Assembly: GCA_964525495.1 (NCBI GenBank)
Contig: CAZGHS010000001.1
Span: 10,863 to 74,862, forward strand
Direction: 5' to 3'
Length of the DNA: 64,000 nt
From: an uncultured Gammaproteobacteria bacterium
GTDB lineage: Bacteria > Patescibacteriota > Microgenomatia > JALYQM01
Both the position numbers and the translations under genes were made by a program. The notes under the pieces were generated by a model. It did no database searches. It worked only from the letters and a program-made list of their open reading frames with translations, and was not told where the DNA came from. Shown in pieces: positions 16,399-25,899 of this stretch; within the stretch, counting starts at the first letter, position 1; each line of letters opens with the position of its first letter.

Positions 16399-17958
16399 CT
16401 ACCTGACAAAAAACTTCCACCAAGCCTTCCGCGGCTGTACGGAAGTATGCGCCAACTCCCCGTATCCCAAACTCGCAGCATATTCCTCTTCGGTTTGAGG
16501 TGGAATATAGCGTGCCAGTATCTCCCCATCCTCTTCCTCAAGTATCAATTGTCCAGGGTTCAATAGCCCACAATGATGTGCGCCTCCAGCTCCCCCAAGC
16601 ATCTTCTGGTAGGCTCCCACACACGCAAATACCACGAGCTGATCATCAGCATCAGGCAGGACTACAAATTTCTCCTCAGCATTTTTTGAGGGATATCTCC
16701 CGTCGGAGTCACACGTCAGATCTCCCAGCACATATCGAGATGATGTCTCGTTACCATTATTACCAGCCAATACAGGAAATTTCTTTTTCGTAATAAACAT
16801 ATCGGGTAGCTCTGCCATCAAACCACCATCCACGATAGCCCATCGTAAATCACCTTCATTGTCACTCACAGAATTATGCTTACGCTGCAAAACCCGATGC
16901 ACGAGGAATCCAGATTCATCAGTCAAAAAGCTCCCAAACTCAAATACCACAATGGGCGCCTCACAACCATACTCTACTGCCATCCGATTAATACCACTCA
17001 ACAAACGCTGTAGATACACATCATAGTCATACCCGGAAGCGAGCGGAGGAATCCCCCCACCCACGTTCAGATACTGCAGACTCGGATATTGTTTCTTCAA
17101 TTCAAAATATTTTTCAGCACCATACAACAAAGACATGACCAATTCATCGATCGGCACAACTTCAGCTGCAGACACCATCATATGCAACATTTTCAGCTGC
17201 AAATTTTCCGCCTTATCCACTACCCGAGCCACTTCACTTATCTCATCCCACGACATACCATGTCGCGACACACCTCGAGCCAGATGCTCATCATCATGAA
17301 CAATGCCAAACTTCATCCTCAAACCCACATCCATCGTGCCGTTATCTATCTGCTCCGCAAAATATTCTACTTCACCAGCATCCAAGATCGGCATAATATG
17401 AAAGCCAAGTTTAAAAAGCTTCACTATATATTCAGCGTACAAATAAGGCAAAGGGACAGTCGCCTGACCATCATTCACAAAAGTAATTCCAGTACTGGCA
17501 TTGTCCTGATCCGATACCTGAGAGAGAACAGGAAATTTAAATCCATTACAGATAATTGGAAGGCCATAACCTATCAGTCCTTTTTGGTGCAGCTGAAGAA
17601 TATGTACCAGATCCTGAGCAGAGCTTGTCTCAGCAAGCCACCCTTCCCTATATGCATTCAATACATAAGACAAAGCCATATTAGCTTTAGACGCATAAAA
17701 CAACGCAAAATCACCGGTATATTCAACATCTTTAGCAATCTCGCGAATCTTTTCCCGCCAATACACCGCCCGTTGCTTCATAATGCCCATATCGTGGATC
17801 TCAAGCGGAGTACCATATTTTGCAACCGCGTCCTTCACCCGCAACTTATTTATCCACAGATCACCGTGCTCATCGTATCTCAGATAATCTCGCAGATGGC
17901 TGCCAGACAAAAAGTTCTGAATTTCAGACACATAGGATTGAGATGGAGAGAGTTTCAT
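16399..17958 (-). CDS. speA: PLP-dependent arginine decarboxylase-like enzyme (Orn/DAP/Arg decarboxylase family)
   Basis: YASKAN (PLP Lys), LNVGGG, LGDLTCDSDG, GAYQ.MLGG.GG.HHC. Confidence 0.75.
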   Translation of the reverse strand: MKLSPSQSYVSEIQNFLSGSHLRDYLRYDEHGDLWINKLRVKDAVAKYGTPLEIHDMGIMKQRAVYWREKIREIAKDVEYTGDFALFYASKANMALSYVLNAYREGWLAETSSAQDLVHILQLHQKGLIGYGLPIICNGFKFPVLSQVSDQDNASTGITFVNDGQATVPLPYLYAEYIVKLFKLGFHIMPILDAGEVEYFAEQIDNGTMDVGLRMKFGIVHDDEHLARGVSRHGMSWDEISEVARVVDKAENLQLKMLHMMVSAAEVVPIDELVMSLLYGAEKYFELKKQYPSLQYLNVGGGIPPLASGYDYDVYLQRLLSGINRMAVEYGCEAPIVVFEFGSFLTDESGFLVHRVLQRKHNSVSDNEGDLRWAIVDGGLMAELPDMFITKKKFPVLAGNNGNETSSRYVLGDLTCDSDGRYPSKNAEEKFVVLPDADDQLVVFACVGAYQKMLGGAGGAHHCGLLNPGQLILEEEDGEILARYIPPQTEEEYAASLGYGELAHTSVQPRKAWWKFFVR

Positions 17959-18072
17959 AAATTAGAGCTCAATAAGTTCACAATATAACAATAAACTATT
18001 AAATCATTTTTCTACAATATGCATCTACAAAATCTATTGCGATAATTAAAAAAACAACATACTCTTAAAGAG

Positions 18073-19248
18073 ATGGTAAAAAACAAAGAGATCGACCCTA
18101 CTGTCTATTTACTTGTTATTGCGTTTACAATAATACTCAGTATTGCCGTAATTGCAATGTCTAAGTCAGATGTTCTATCAATACTAAAAAACAGCGTCTT
18201 CCCACCTCCATCACCGAGCCCCATCGCAATTATCGATACAGATACTACCTATCCTCTCGAACTCCGAGTACTAGGAATCGGATTAAATCCCAGCCAAAGC
18301 GGCAAAGATATAGCTACCACATATTTCTCCGATCGGATGAATAACTGGAGCGCAAGCTATACCGAAGACTATATTTTTGACACCACCGCAGAATCACTCA
18401 GAAAAGTCACACATAACACTATCAACCCAAGTATTATTAAGAAAATAGAGATCGACGAATTTCCTACATATAAAGAAGGATATTCCTTCACCGTAGCCAA
18501 CTACGATCAATGCGTTTTTGGCCAACCAGGCTTTTCCGCTTCACTCTGCGAAAACAAGAAAAAACAGTTCGATACCATCACCTGGCTCAAAACAAACCGA
18601 ATATGTGAACAGGCTAATGAAACCAACGCTGATCAGATCTGGTTAATTGCTCCACCATATATCACGACCTACGAAAGCTTCATGATCGGCCCTGACACCA
18701 CTTACCCAGTCAATGGAGCAGAATTCATAATGGAAGAATGCAACAAGAGCTATCTCGTAATAACAGGAACATACGAACGCCCAGAACCAATGCTTCATGT
18801 ACTTGGTCACATTGTCGAAGCAACTATGGCACACATCACCAAAGAATGGACGAGCGGTGATCGATACAAACACTGGGTATATTTCTCAGCAGTCACAAGA
18901 TACCAAACTCCATACAGCGGCGCTCTGAATACATTACAATGCGGCAATGCTCATTTTCCAGCCAACGCTTCCAAAGCATACGACTACTCCAACAAAAAAG
19001 TCATGAATGTAAACTGCAGTGACTGGGAAAACTTTCCAAACTATACTTATGAAGAGCAATCAATCGACTGTTCTGTGTGGAACTGCACCGAGATTGGCTG
19101 GCACGAATACTGGTTAAGCAGCTTACCTCATCGTCCTGGTTCATCTGGCATAAATTGGAAGGGCGGCGCACTCAAACCGTTCAAAAACAACTGGTGGTAT
19201 TACATCCTCTACCCTGAAAACACAATCGCAGTAGTCAAGCAAACATAA
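18073..19248 (+). CDS. membrane-anchored extracellular protein, possible zinc metallopeptidase
   Basis: N-terminal TM, HVLGHIVE motif, many Cys and Trp. Confidence 0.6.
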   Translation: MVKNKEIDPTVYLLVIAFTIILSIAVIAMSKSDVLSILKNSVFPPPSPSPIAIIDTDTTYPLELRVLGIGLNPSQSGKDIATTYFSDRMNNWSASYTEDYIFDTTAESLRKVTHNTINPSIIKKIEIDEFPTYKEGYSFTVANYDQCVFGQPGFSASLCENKKKQFDTITWLKTNRICEQANETNADQIWLIAPPYITTYESFMIGPDTTYPVNGAEFIMEECNKSYLVITGTYERPEPMLHVLGHIVEATMAHITKEWTSGDRYKHWVYFSAVTRYQTPYSGALNTLQCGNAHFPANASKAYDYSNKKVMNVNCSDWENFPNYTYEEQSIDCSVWNCTEIGWHEYWLSSLPHRPGSSGINWKGGALKPFKNNWWYYILYPENTIAVVKQT

Positions 19249-19288
19249 ATATTCCCTGATTCCGCTATTCAAGATATAATACACGCTT

Positions 19289-20320
19289 ATGAGTCCAGAC
19301 AAACTCCAACGCATTAGCGTCATAGTAAATGAGCATTCAGGCAGTGGAAATAATAATGAACTTATCAGACAAGCTACAGACGGCATGCCAAACGTCAGGC
19401 AGCACGATTTCCATACAGAATTCAAACCAAATAAAGACAACGTCAGAGCCCAAATATATTTAGAAAGCGACGTAATTCTCTCCGGATCAGGAGACGGTAC
19501 CTGCGGATACATCTGGACACAATCACTAAATAGGCAGCAAGAGCCGCGAGGTGAAATCGCCTACGGTCTATTACCTAACGGTGGAGAAAACGTACTTGCC
19601 CACTTCACAACAGGCAGACGCAGATATGACAGAAACAAAGTAAAAAACATAAGACAAATAATTCAAGAAATTAGTCAAGGAAATTACACAACCAAACAAA
19701 TAGAACCGGCGATTATCACAACTGATCAAAACGATAAAGCAGATATCTTCTGGCAATTTGGTGCAGGTGATGGCCAACTGATGGATATACTGCTAGGACA
19801 GGTCGAAGCATGGCGTCCTCGTGTGCAACAAAAACACTTACGCAAACTATTAGCCGGAGTTACTTCGGCAATACACCTCAACTATAGCCCACAACATCCA
19901 CTACATATTAAATTGGGGCAGACACAGTTAGAGGCATATGAAATAGCCCACGTAAGTAAGAACTTTCCGCAACTCGCTCACTGGGATATGCGAGGAACAG
20001 ACAATAGTTTCTTACTGTATGTAGCAGATCGGTATCACAAATTTCCTCGAATCCGAGGTGCTTTGGCAGCAATGGATGCAACAGCAATAAGCTTTCAAAA
20101 ACAACGACGCATGCCTATAAATCCACCATTTAAAACACTACTGTATCGAGAGTGGAACGACGCGCTCACCGTATATGCCGCTGAACGGCAAACAATTCTT
20201 ATACAAGACTCCGAAATTAAATCTGCGAATAAAGGTGAGATTGCACCGTGGAAACATGTTACATTCGATCCAGAGGCTTGCAACAAATCGCTTCGTATTC
20301 TGCAGATGAACCAAACTTAA
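19289..20320 (+). CDS. diacylglycerol kinase-family protein (divergent)
   Basis: VNEHSGSG, GSGDGT, GLLPNGGENVLA. Confidence 0.7.
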   Translation: MSPDKLQRISVIVNEHSGSGNNNELIRQATDGMPNVRQHDFHTEFKPNKDNVRAQIYLESDVILSGSGDGTCGYIWTQSLNRQQEPRGEIAYGLLPNGGENVLAHFTTGRRRYDRNKVKNIRQIIQEISQGNYTTKQIEPAIITTDQNDKADIFWQFGAGDGQLMDILLGQVEAWRPRVQQKHLRKLLAGVTSAIHLNYSPQHPLHIKLGQTQLEAYEIAHVSKNFPQLAHWDMRGTDNSFLLYVADRYHKFPRIRGALAAMDATAISFQKQRRMPINPPFKTLLYREWNDALTVYAAERQTILIQDSEIKSANKGEIAPWKHVTFDPEACNKSLRILQMNQT

Positions 20321-22371
20321 CGTGCGTACATACTTACAATTTGAGTCAACTTACGCTGCGGCATTCCAGCCTTCAGATACGGAACATGCGCTATGATAGT
20401 TAATTTTTCTTGAGATCGCGAAAAAGCGACTGTCAAAATCTTAAGCACTTCATCGCCCTTCATTTTTTTCTCATCAAGCATGATACTTGGCCGCTCTGGA
20501 GGAGCATCAGTCGTATCGAAAATTATCACTCGTTTTTCTCTTCCCTGAAATGTATGAATAGTCCCAATTTCTACACCAAATATTTTTAAATCTCGAAAAC
20601 GCTTCTTCAAAGCAGATACCTGTGCCCTATACGGACTAATAATCCCAATATCCTGAACATCATAGCTATAAAGTAAATCCTTAACATACTGCATTATCAC
20701 TTCAACATGCACCAGATTTAAACGAGAACTCCCACCACTTTTTTTCTGCTCCCGCTCACATATTGGATTAAATTCTTGTGTATTAATAACCACAACAGCA
20801 TCGCGAATGGTGTCATTCTTAGCATTCAAAATCATTCCCCGATAAAAATGTTTGCTCACCAGCTCAGACAATTGATACGGCATACGATACTGTGTATCCA
20901 AAAATGTCACATGATCCTGTCTATCCTGCCATCGATACAAATCATCAACGACCTCAGCTCCAGACGCGCACATAAAAATATCTCGTCCGAGCCACTTTTT
21001 CGTTTCGCTTGTCTCAACTTGTGCGATAGGTGGCAACTGTTGCGGATCTCCTGCCACAACTACATGAGACTTTGCGATACTTGAGGCAAGAGCTACCAAA
21101 GGCAAAGGAGCCATACTCGCCTCTTCAATTATTACCGCATCAAAACGCAGTTTCTTAAACACTTCATCAGTCGCGAGCTTTGCCAGCGTAGTAAATACCA
21201 CATATTTTTTAGCCAAATAATCTCCGGCATCAACTTTTTTCTCACGATCCAACATTTTCTTTATTACATCGACTCCACCCAATTTTTGAATCGACGCTTC
21301 TATCTCCTTCAATTCATGCTCGATCATTTCTTCCGAAGGAAACGATCCAACCATAGTGATAACATACTCATCAAGCTGAGTTACTTTATCAACAATCTTT
21401 TGCTGTTCATCCAGTAAAGCTTGCTTTGTGGTCTTGGCTTTCCGTATTTTCGTTTCAATCTTTTCAGCTTCCAGTATCAGATCCCTTTTTTCATTAAAAA
21501 TATACCTTGCCTCTTCCAAAGATTTCTTTCTATCCATCATAGTTTTTAATTGTGCTCGTTCGCTTTTATCTGACTGCTTCATCGCTGTCGATTGCTCAAA
21601 GAAACTAAATTCTCGCAGACGTATACCTTCAACAGCATTTAATAACGTCATAGTGTATCGAGTAGTAATCTGTTGCAAGTCCGCATTCGACATCCCCTGT
21701 TCTAATCCGATCTTCAAAAACGCAGCCAAAGCGTTATCCACGGCTCTGTTTGCATGCGATACTACCAGGACACGTTTTCCCTGAGACGCCAACGCATACA
21801 TTATCATGCTCAATGTTTTAGTTTTTCCCGTTCCCGGCGGTCCCCAGATAAAGGATACAGGAAAAGATAAAGCATTCTGTATTGCAGACAGTTGTGCCGG
21901 ATTTGGTGGTGTCAAAAAGTCAAAGTCGAGGGATTCTTGCTGAGTTGGTTTGAAATTACCACCATAAAACAATCCATCAGTTAATTCCAAAGAAAACTCT
22001 TTTGGCTTCTCTTCCAGATATTTCAATCGATCGATAATCTTCAGATACAACGCCGAAATATCCTCTTCCACTACAGCTTCGCCCACAGTCTCCCCAATAT
22101 TCTCACTCAAGATAAGCGTGACGTATTGCCCTTCAGTGGCCAATACAGATCCCGCTACTTCTTTTCCTTGGGTATACAGAGTGATAGGTGTATCTTCAAA
22201 AAGTCTGCGTTCTTCAGCAGTTTCAAACAAATAACGAAAATAATTATCCTCATTCGCTTTCATCATTCCGTTATACACACTGATCGATCGCCCGATCTTC
22301 CGCTCACGAATATAGGCAAGTTCTTGCTCAACAGCCGTGATCATTTCAGGCAAATCCTTTAAAATAGTCAT
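20317..22371 (-). CDS. Upf1/DNA2-like superfamily 1 helicase
   Basis: GPPGTGKT, SHANRAVDN, IEEAS, GDPQQLPP, QYRM, ISPYRAQV, TIHTFQGRE, VAFSRS. Confidence 0.9.
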   Translation of the reverse strand: MTILKDLPEMITAVEQELAYIRERKIGRSISVYNGMMKANEDNYFRYLFETAEERRLFEDTPITLYTQGKEVAGSVLATEGQYVTLILSENIGETVGEAVVEEDISALYLKIIDRLKYLEEKPKEFSLELTDGLFYGGNFKPTQQESLDFDFLTPPNPAQLSAIQNALSFPVSFIWGPPGTGKTKTLSMIMYALASQGKRVLVVSHANRAVDNALAAFLKIGLEQGMSNADLQQITTRYTMTLLNAVEGIRLREFSFFEQSTAMKQSDKSERAQLKTMMDRKKSLEEARYIFNEKRDLILEAEKIETKIRKAKTTKQALLDEQQKIVDKVTQLDEYVITMVGSFPSEEMIEHELKEIEASIQKLGGVDVIKKMLDREKKVDAGDYLAKKYVVFTTLAKLATDEVFKKLRFDAVIIEEASMAPLPLVALASSIAKSHVVVAGDPQQLPPIAQVETSETKKWLGRDIFMCASGAEVVDDLYRWQDRQDHVTFLDTQYRMPYQLSELVSKHFYRGMILNAKNDTIRDAVVVINTQEFNPICEREQKKSGGSSRLNLVHVEVIMQYVKDLLYSYDVQDIGIISPYRAQVSALKKRFRDLKIFGVEIGTIHTFQGREKRVIIFDTTDAPPERPSIMLDEKKMKGDEVLKILTVAFSRSQEKLTIIAHVPYLKAGMPQRKLTQIVSMYAR

Positions 22372-22407
22372 AAAGTGAAGTTTACTTCAAATGATATAAT
22401 CAAAACA

Positions 22408-23097
22408 ATGAACAATCCTCGAGATCTTCTTGAAAAAGCACTTCGTTTACAAGAATCTAACAAGCCAATTGAAGCATTAAACATAGAGAATCAAGCATTA
22501 CTAGAATTCGCTCAAGCAAGTGACACAGCAGGATTCGCAGAAGTTACTGTCTTAAGATCCAAGACACTCAAACATCTCTACCAACAATCAGACAATAAGA
22601 ATTATCTTATTCTCGCTCGTGCAGAAGCGCAGGGATCAGTGGAAATTGCTGAGAATTCATCAGATAAATATGCTTCCGCGATTCCATACTTTGTATTAGC
22701 CCAATTGCATGAAGCACTTGAAGAATATCCACCAGCAAAAATTGCCTATCAAAAATCTCTTGAATACCTTCCGCATGCACCTCAACCAAAACACAATAGA
22801 AAATCTGTTAAAGCAGACATTGAAGGACATTTAGCATTTTGTGAATTTAAATCTGGAGAGAAAGATGGTTTGCAAAAAGCACTATCCGCACTCATAGCAC
22901 TCGAAGCGTCTGACGACGCAGATTCTTACGAATATAATGTCTGGCTCACAGGCGCTCATATGAGAATAGCATCGATATACCATCAACTAAACAATCCTCA
23001 ACAAGCGCAAACACATGTAGACAAAACAAGAGAAATTATCAAAAGCGACGAGCGTCTTATCCTCCGTAAAAGCCAGCTAGAAAAAATGACAAATTAG
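22408..23097 (+). CDS. TPR-like helical repeat protein
   Basis: Ala/Leu-rich helical repeats; likely start 22408 after TGA-TATAAT. Confidence 0.65.
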   Translation: MNNPRDLLEKALRLQESNKPIEALNIENQALLEFAQASDTAGFAEVTVLRSKTLKHLYQQSDNKNYLILARAEAQGSVEIAENSSDKYASAIPYFVLAQLHEALEEYPPAKIAYQKSLEYLPHAPQPKHNRKSVKADIEGHLAFCEFKSGEKDGLQKALSALIALEASDDADSYEYNVWLTGAHMRIASIYHQLNNPQQAQTHVDKTREIIKSDERLILRKSQLEKMTN

Positions 23098-23101
23098 AGA
23101 G

Positions 23102-23788
23102 CTACATAAACCCATTCTCAGCCAAACTCAAAAAAGAATTCTTCGCCACAATCACATGATCCACCACAGATATACCCATTATCACACCAGCATCAACCAA
23201 TCGCTTAGTGATCTCAATATCATCATCACTCGGATCACACACTCCAGACGGATGATTGTGTGAAACTATCACTTGCGCCGCATGTCGGCGTATCGCTGCT
23301 TCAAACGTCTCGCGTGGGTGAATAATATTCGCAGTCAAAATCCCCACCGCAATCACATCCATACCCAAGAATTTATTCCGCACATCGAAGGACAAAACCA
23401 CAAAATGTTCCTTAGATTCCTGAGAAATTTTAGATTTAACCAAGCGATACACATCCGACGGCTTCATCACTACTTCATTATCATCAAGTCGCACAGCGCT
23501 CACGCGCCTCACAATCTCTAAACACGCTTTCAACTGAGTCGACTTCGCAACACCCAAGCCCCGCATCTTCTGAAGATCCGCAATCGAAGCATTCAAAATA
23601 TTTTCTAGAGATCCAAAATGGGATAAAAGTTTCTGCGCTGTAACAAGCACCGATTCGCCCTGAATACCACGTCCTAACACCAATGCCAAAAGTTCCTGAG
23701 AAGACAAAGCCTCTGCACCATGCGCAATCATCCGTTCACGAGGTCGTTCGTTCTGGGGCAGATCACGTACAGTAAAACTAGAACTCAT
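23102..23788 (-). CDS. radC: RadC family JAB-domain protein
   Basis: ERPRER, HhH GLGVAK, HPRE, HNHPSG...S.DD, DHVI. Confidence 0.92.
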   Translation of the reverse strand: MSSSFTVRDLPQNERPRERMIAHGAEALSSQELLALVLGRGIQGESVLVTAQKLLSHFGSLENILNASIADLQKMRGLGVAKSTQLKACLEIVRRVSAVRLDDNEVVMKPSDVYRLVKSKISQESKEHFVVLSFDVRNKFLGMDVIAVGILTANIIHPRETFEAAIRRHAAQVIVSHNHPSGVCDPSDDDIEITKRLVDAGVIMGISVVDHVIVAKNSFLSLAENGFM

Positions 23789-24252
23789 TTTTTCTTTGAA
23801 ATCAAAATTATACCGATCAAGATCAACGCAACCGGCCAAAAATCTTCCATGTCAAAGAATCCAAATCCAATATTAGAATTTCGCAAAAGGAAAAATACAC
23901 CAAAGACAATCAGTATAAGTGCAAAGACTCCACCACTACTATTTGCCGGTCCTTGGCCCGTCACAGACTGTACAACCTTTGTTGCCTTCTCTTTCATATC
24001 TGTAACCACATCACCAAGTCTATCGGCTGATGCGGTATCTGCATCGGCTTCTTCAGGCATCACGATCCAAAGCAAAATATAAACCAAAATCCCAGATCCA
24101 CCCATTAACGTAAACAACACGAATGCGATACGAATAATACTTGGATCAATTTCAAAATACTCGGCAAGTCCAGCGCATACACCTGCAATCATTTCATTCT
24201 TTTCAGAACGATATAATCGCTTTTTAGGCACCTGTTTCTCTTCTGTTTCCAT
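23785..24252 (-). CDS. PspC-domain membrane protein
   Basis: LYRS..NEMIAGVCAGLAEYF.IDP..IR...YILLWIVMP; C-terminal FWPVALILIG. Confidence 0.88.
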   Translation of the reverse strand: METEEKQVPKKRLYRSEKNEMIAGVCAGLAEYFEIDPSIIRIAFVLFTLMGGSGILVYILLWIVMPEEADADTASADRLGDVVTDMKEKATKVVQSVTGQGPANSSGGVFALILIVFGVFFLLRNSNIGFGFFDMEDFWPVALILIGIILISKKK

Positions 24253-24294
24253 ATATCCGCTCCTCCTAAAAAGAGTATATCCCCTATCAATCAT

Positions 24295-25113
24295 CTATAC
24301 AACAATATCCCCAACAGACAGCTCCAAGATTTTTGAAGCATTGGCACCTTGCACCGTGATTTCCAAGAATCGCTTATCCTCAATACCTGAGCTTCCGATC
24401 ATTACAGCTTTCTCTCGATCAGGCACATCCTTCAATCGAGCATAGCATCCGAGTTTTCCAATTTCAGTTTCAAGTGAAGAATCTGCTTTAAAGCCAACTT
24501 CTTCCGGCAATATCGTTGTCTTACAGTTTCCAAAATTATCTACAAACCACACAGCCAGTGGCGCATCAATTACTTCATCAACCGACATAACTTCGGCAGG
24601 CACTTCTCCACCCTGCACCAAATAAGCACCGACGCGAGGAGTGAAATCAAAACTACGGAACTGAGTAGTCTTCACATGCTCTGAGACTTCTTTACTGACC
24701 ACACCTTTTACAGCCAAATGATCCATTACTGTCGGCACATCCATGACATGAATCTCTTTAGCAACTCCAAGTTTCTTTACCAAAGACAAAGCCAAACCAT
24801 CAATCGAAGAAATAACCAACGTCTCCTTATACCAAAAATATCCAAACGGAGTTCCGTTAGGCCATTTCTTACCCTTTCCATGCCTATGAGCTACGTTAAC
24901 CAACACTACACCCTTCCGACCTTCAGCTGCATCAAGTACATCGATCAGACAACCTGCTGCTTCCAATTCAGCGCTCGTAAATTCTTCATTTATATTCAAT
25001 TCATGAGTCACACCAACAAAAGTAGGGTTAATACCCAAAAGTGAGGCTACTCGAGTACTCTGGCGACCTATTGCGTCATAATCCTGACAGTCGTTAATAA
25101 TTGTGCAAAACAT
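24295..25113 (-). CDS. SAM hydroxide adenosyltransferase / halogenase family (DUF62), divergent
   Basis: VDNFGNCKT, IGSSG...LEITVQGANAS..L.L.VGD; TQFRSFDFTP in place of TFHGRD.FAP. Confidence 0.75.
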   Translation of the reverse strand: MFCTIINDCQDYDAIGRQSTRVASLLGINPTFVGVTHELNINEEFTSAELEAAGCLIDVLDAAEGRKGVVLVNVAHRHGKGKKWPNGTPFGYFWYKETLVISSIDGLALSLVKKLGVAKEIHVMDVPTVMDHLAVKGVVSKEVSEHVKTTQFRSFDFTPRVGAYLVQGGEVPAEVMSVDEVIDAPLAVWFVDNFGNCKTTILPEEVGFKADSSLETEIGKLGCYARLKDVPDREKAVMIGSSGIEDKRFLEITVQGANASKILELSVGDIVV

Positions 25114-25138
25114 ATTTGCTCCTTTCTTATCTAAAACT

Positions 25139-25167
25139 AAAAAAGCCTCCCGATTACTCTGGAGGCT
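25139..25167 (-). terminator. attenuator terminator hairpin upstream of the DUF62 gene
   Basis: Minus strand AGCCTCC-AGAGTAATCG-GGAGGCT followed by a T run. Confidence 0.75.
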
Positions 25168-25192
25168 GCTATTTCTACATCAAATGATGTGA

Positions 25193-25252
25193 TTAGGCAC
25201 CCCTCCTAGCCGGAAGGCTTCGCATACCCATCATGTTGTTTATAACTAACAT
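25193..25252 (-). CDS. Met-rich leader peptide MLVINNMMGMRSLPARRGA
   Basis: ATG 6 nt after a TATTAT -10 (leaderless); internal ATG ATG GGT ATG; overlaps alternative hairpins. Confidence 0.65.
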   Translation of the reverse strand: MLVINNMMGMRSLPARRGA

Positions 25253-25301
25253 AGGCTCATAATACTACAACACCGCTACAAAAGCAAAATTCAAAGCAGG
25301 T

Positions 25302-25503
25302 TTGCAAAAAAGCCTATAGAATGATAACATGCGTCTTGTTTTCCTAATTGCAGCCAAATGCTGAGTTTTAAGAAAACATGAACCTTAACACGATTTGTGA
25401 TTCATTTTCCCTTACTTTATAGTCTCTTTAAGCCGATATAGTCATATCGTTTTCAAGGGGCTATAAAGTCAATCGCAACAACATGAAAGGGGCTGCCACA
25501 ATC
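25302..25503 (+). promoter_or_regulatory. leader D: promoter + hairpin + boxA-like motif + 5' arm + long hairpin
   Basis: TTGCAA-17-(TGA)TAACAT 25302-25330; hairpin 25337-25378; TGAACCTTAACA 25379-25390; arm 25390-25403; 15-bp hairpin 25414-25469 with two G-U pairs. Confidence 0.65.
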
Positions 25504-25899
25504 ATGGACGACACAGTCGAAACCTCACAGCAGGCAAGAGCAATCAAATTTGTACGTGAACGACTCAGTGAAGCGAGAAAAAAAGGAGTGTCTGTAGACG
25601 AACTAACTCAAACGGTCGGCACGCAATTTCCTGAGATCGTGGGCCGTAAATTCGGACCGGTCCTCGTCGGAGTTAGGGCACGAAAACATGAGGGCCGATA
25701 TTATCTCTCTGAGTACTTTCCCACCACGCCACCACCAGCCGAGCCTTCAGTCCGAAACTACGAACTACCCTCAATGTCAGTTACAGTAAAAGAAGGCAGA
25801 AAAAAGATCTACGAAGGGCCCGCCAGCAAGGTTACAATCTATCCGCCTGGACACAATAACAACAACACACCACCCACTCGGCGGCGCGGCAGCAAATAG
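25483..25899 (+). CDS. small basic hypothetical protein (start may be 25504)
   Basis: ORF with a wHTH-like helix pattern, Pro-rich linker and Arg-rich tail. Confidence 0.6.
   Translation: MKGAATIMDDTVETSQQARAIKFVRERLSEARKKGVSVDELTQTVGTQFPEIVGRKFGPVLVGVRARKHEGRYYLSEYFPTTPPPAEPSVRNYELPSMSVTVKEGRKKIYEGPASKVTIYPPGHNNNNTPPTRRRGSK

Noticed and set aside
17089-17988. 299-aa plus-strand ORF
   Set aside because: Antisense shadow of the decarboxylase gene, with His/Gln/Ile-biased composition.
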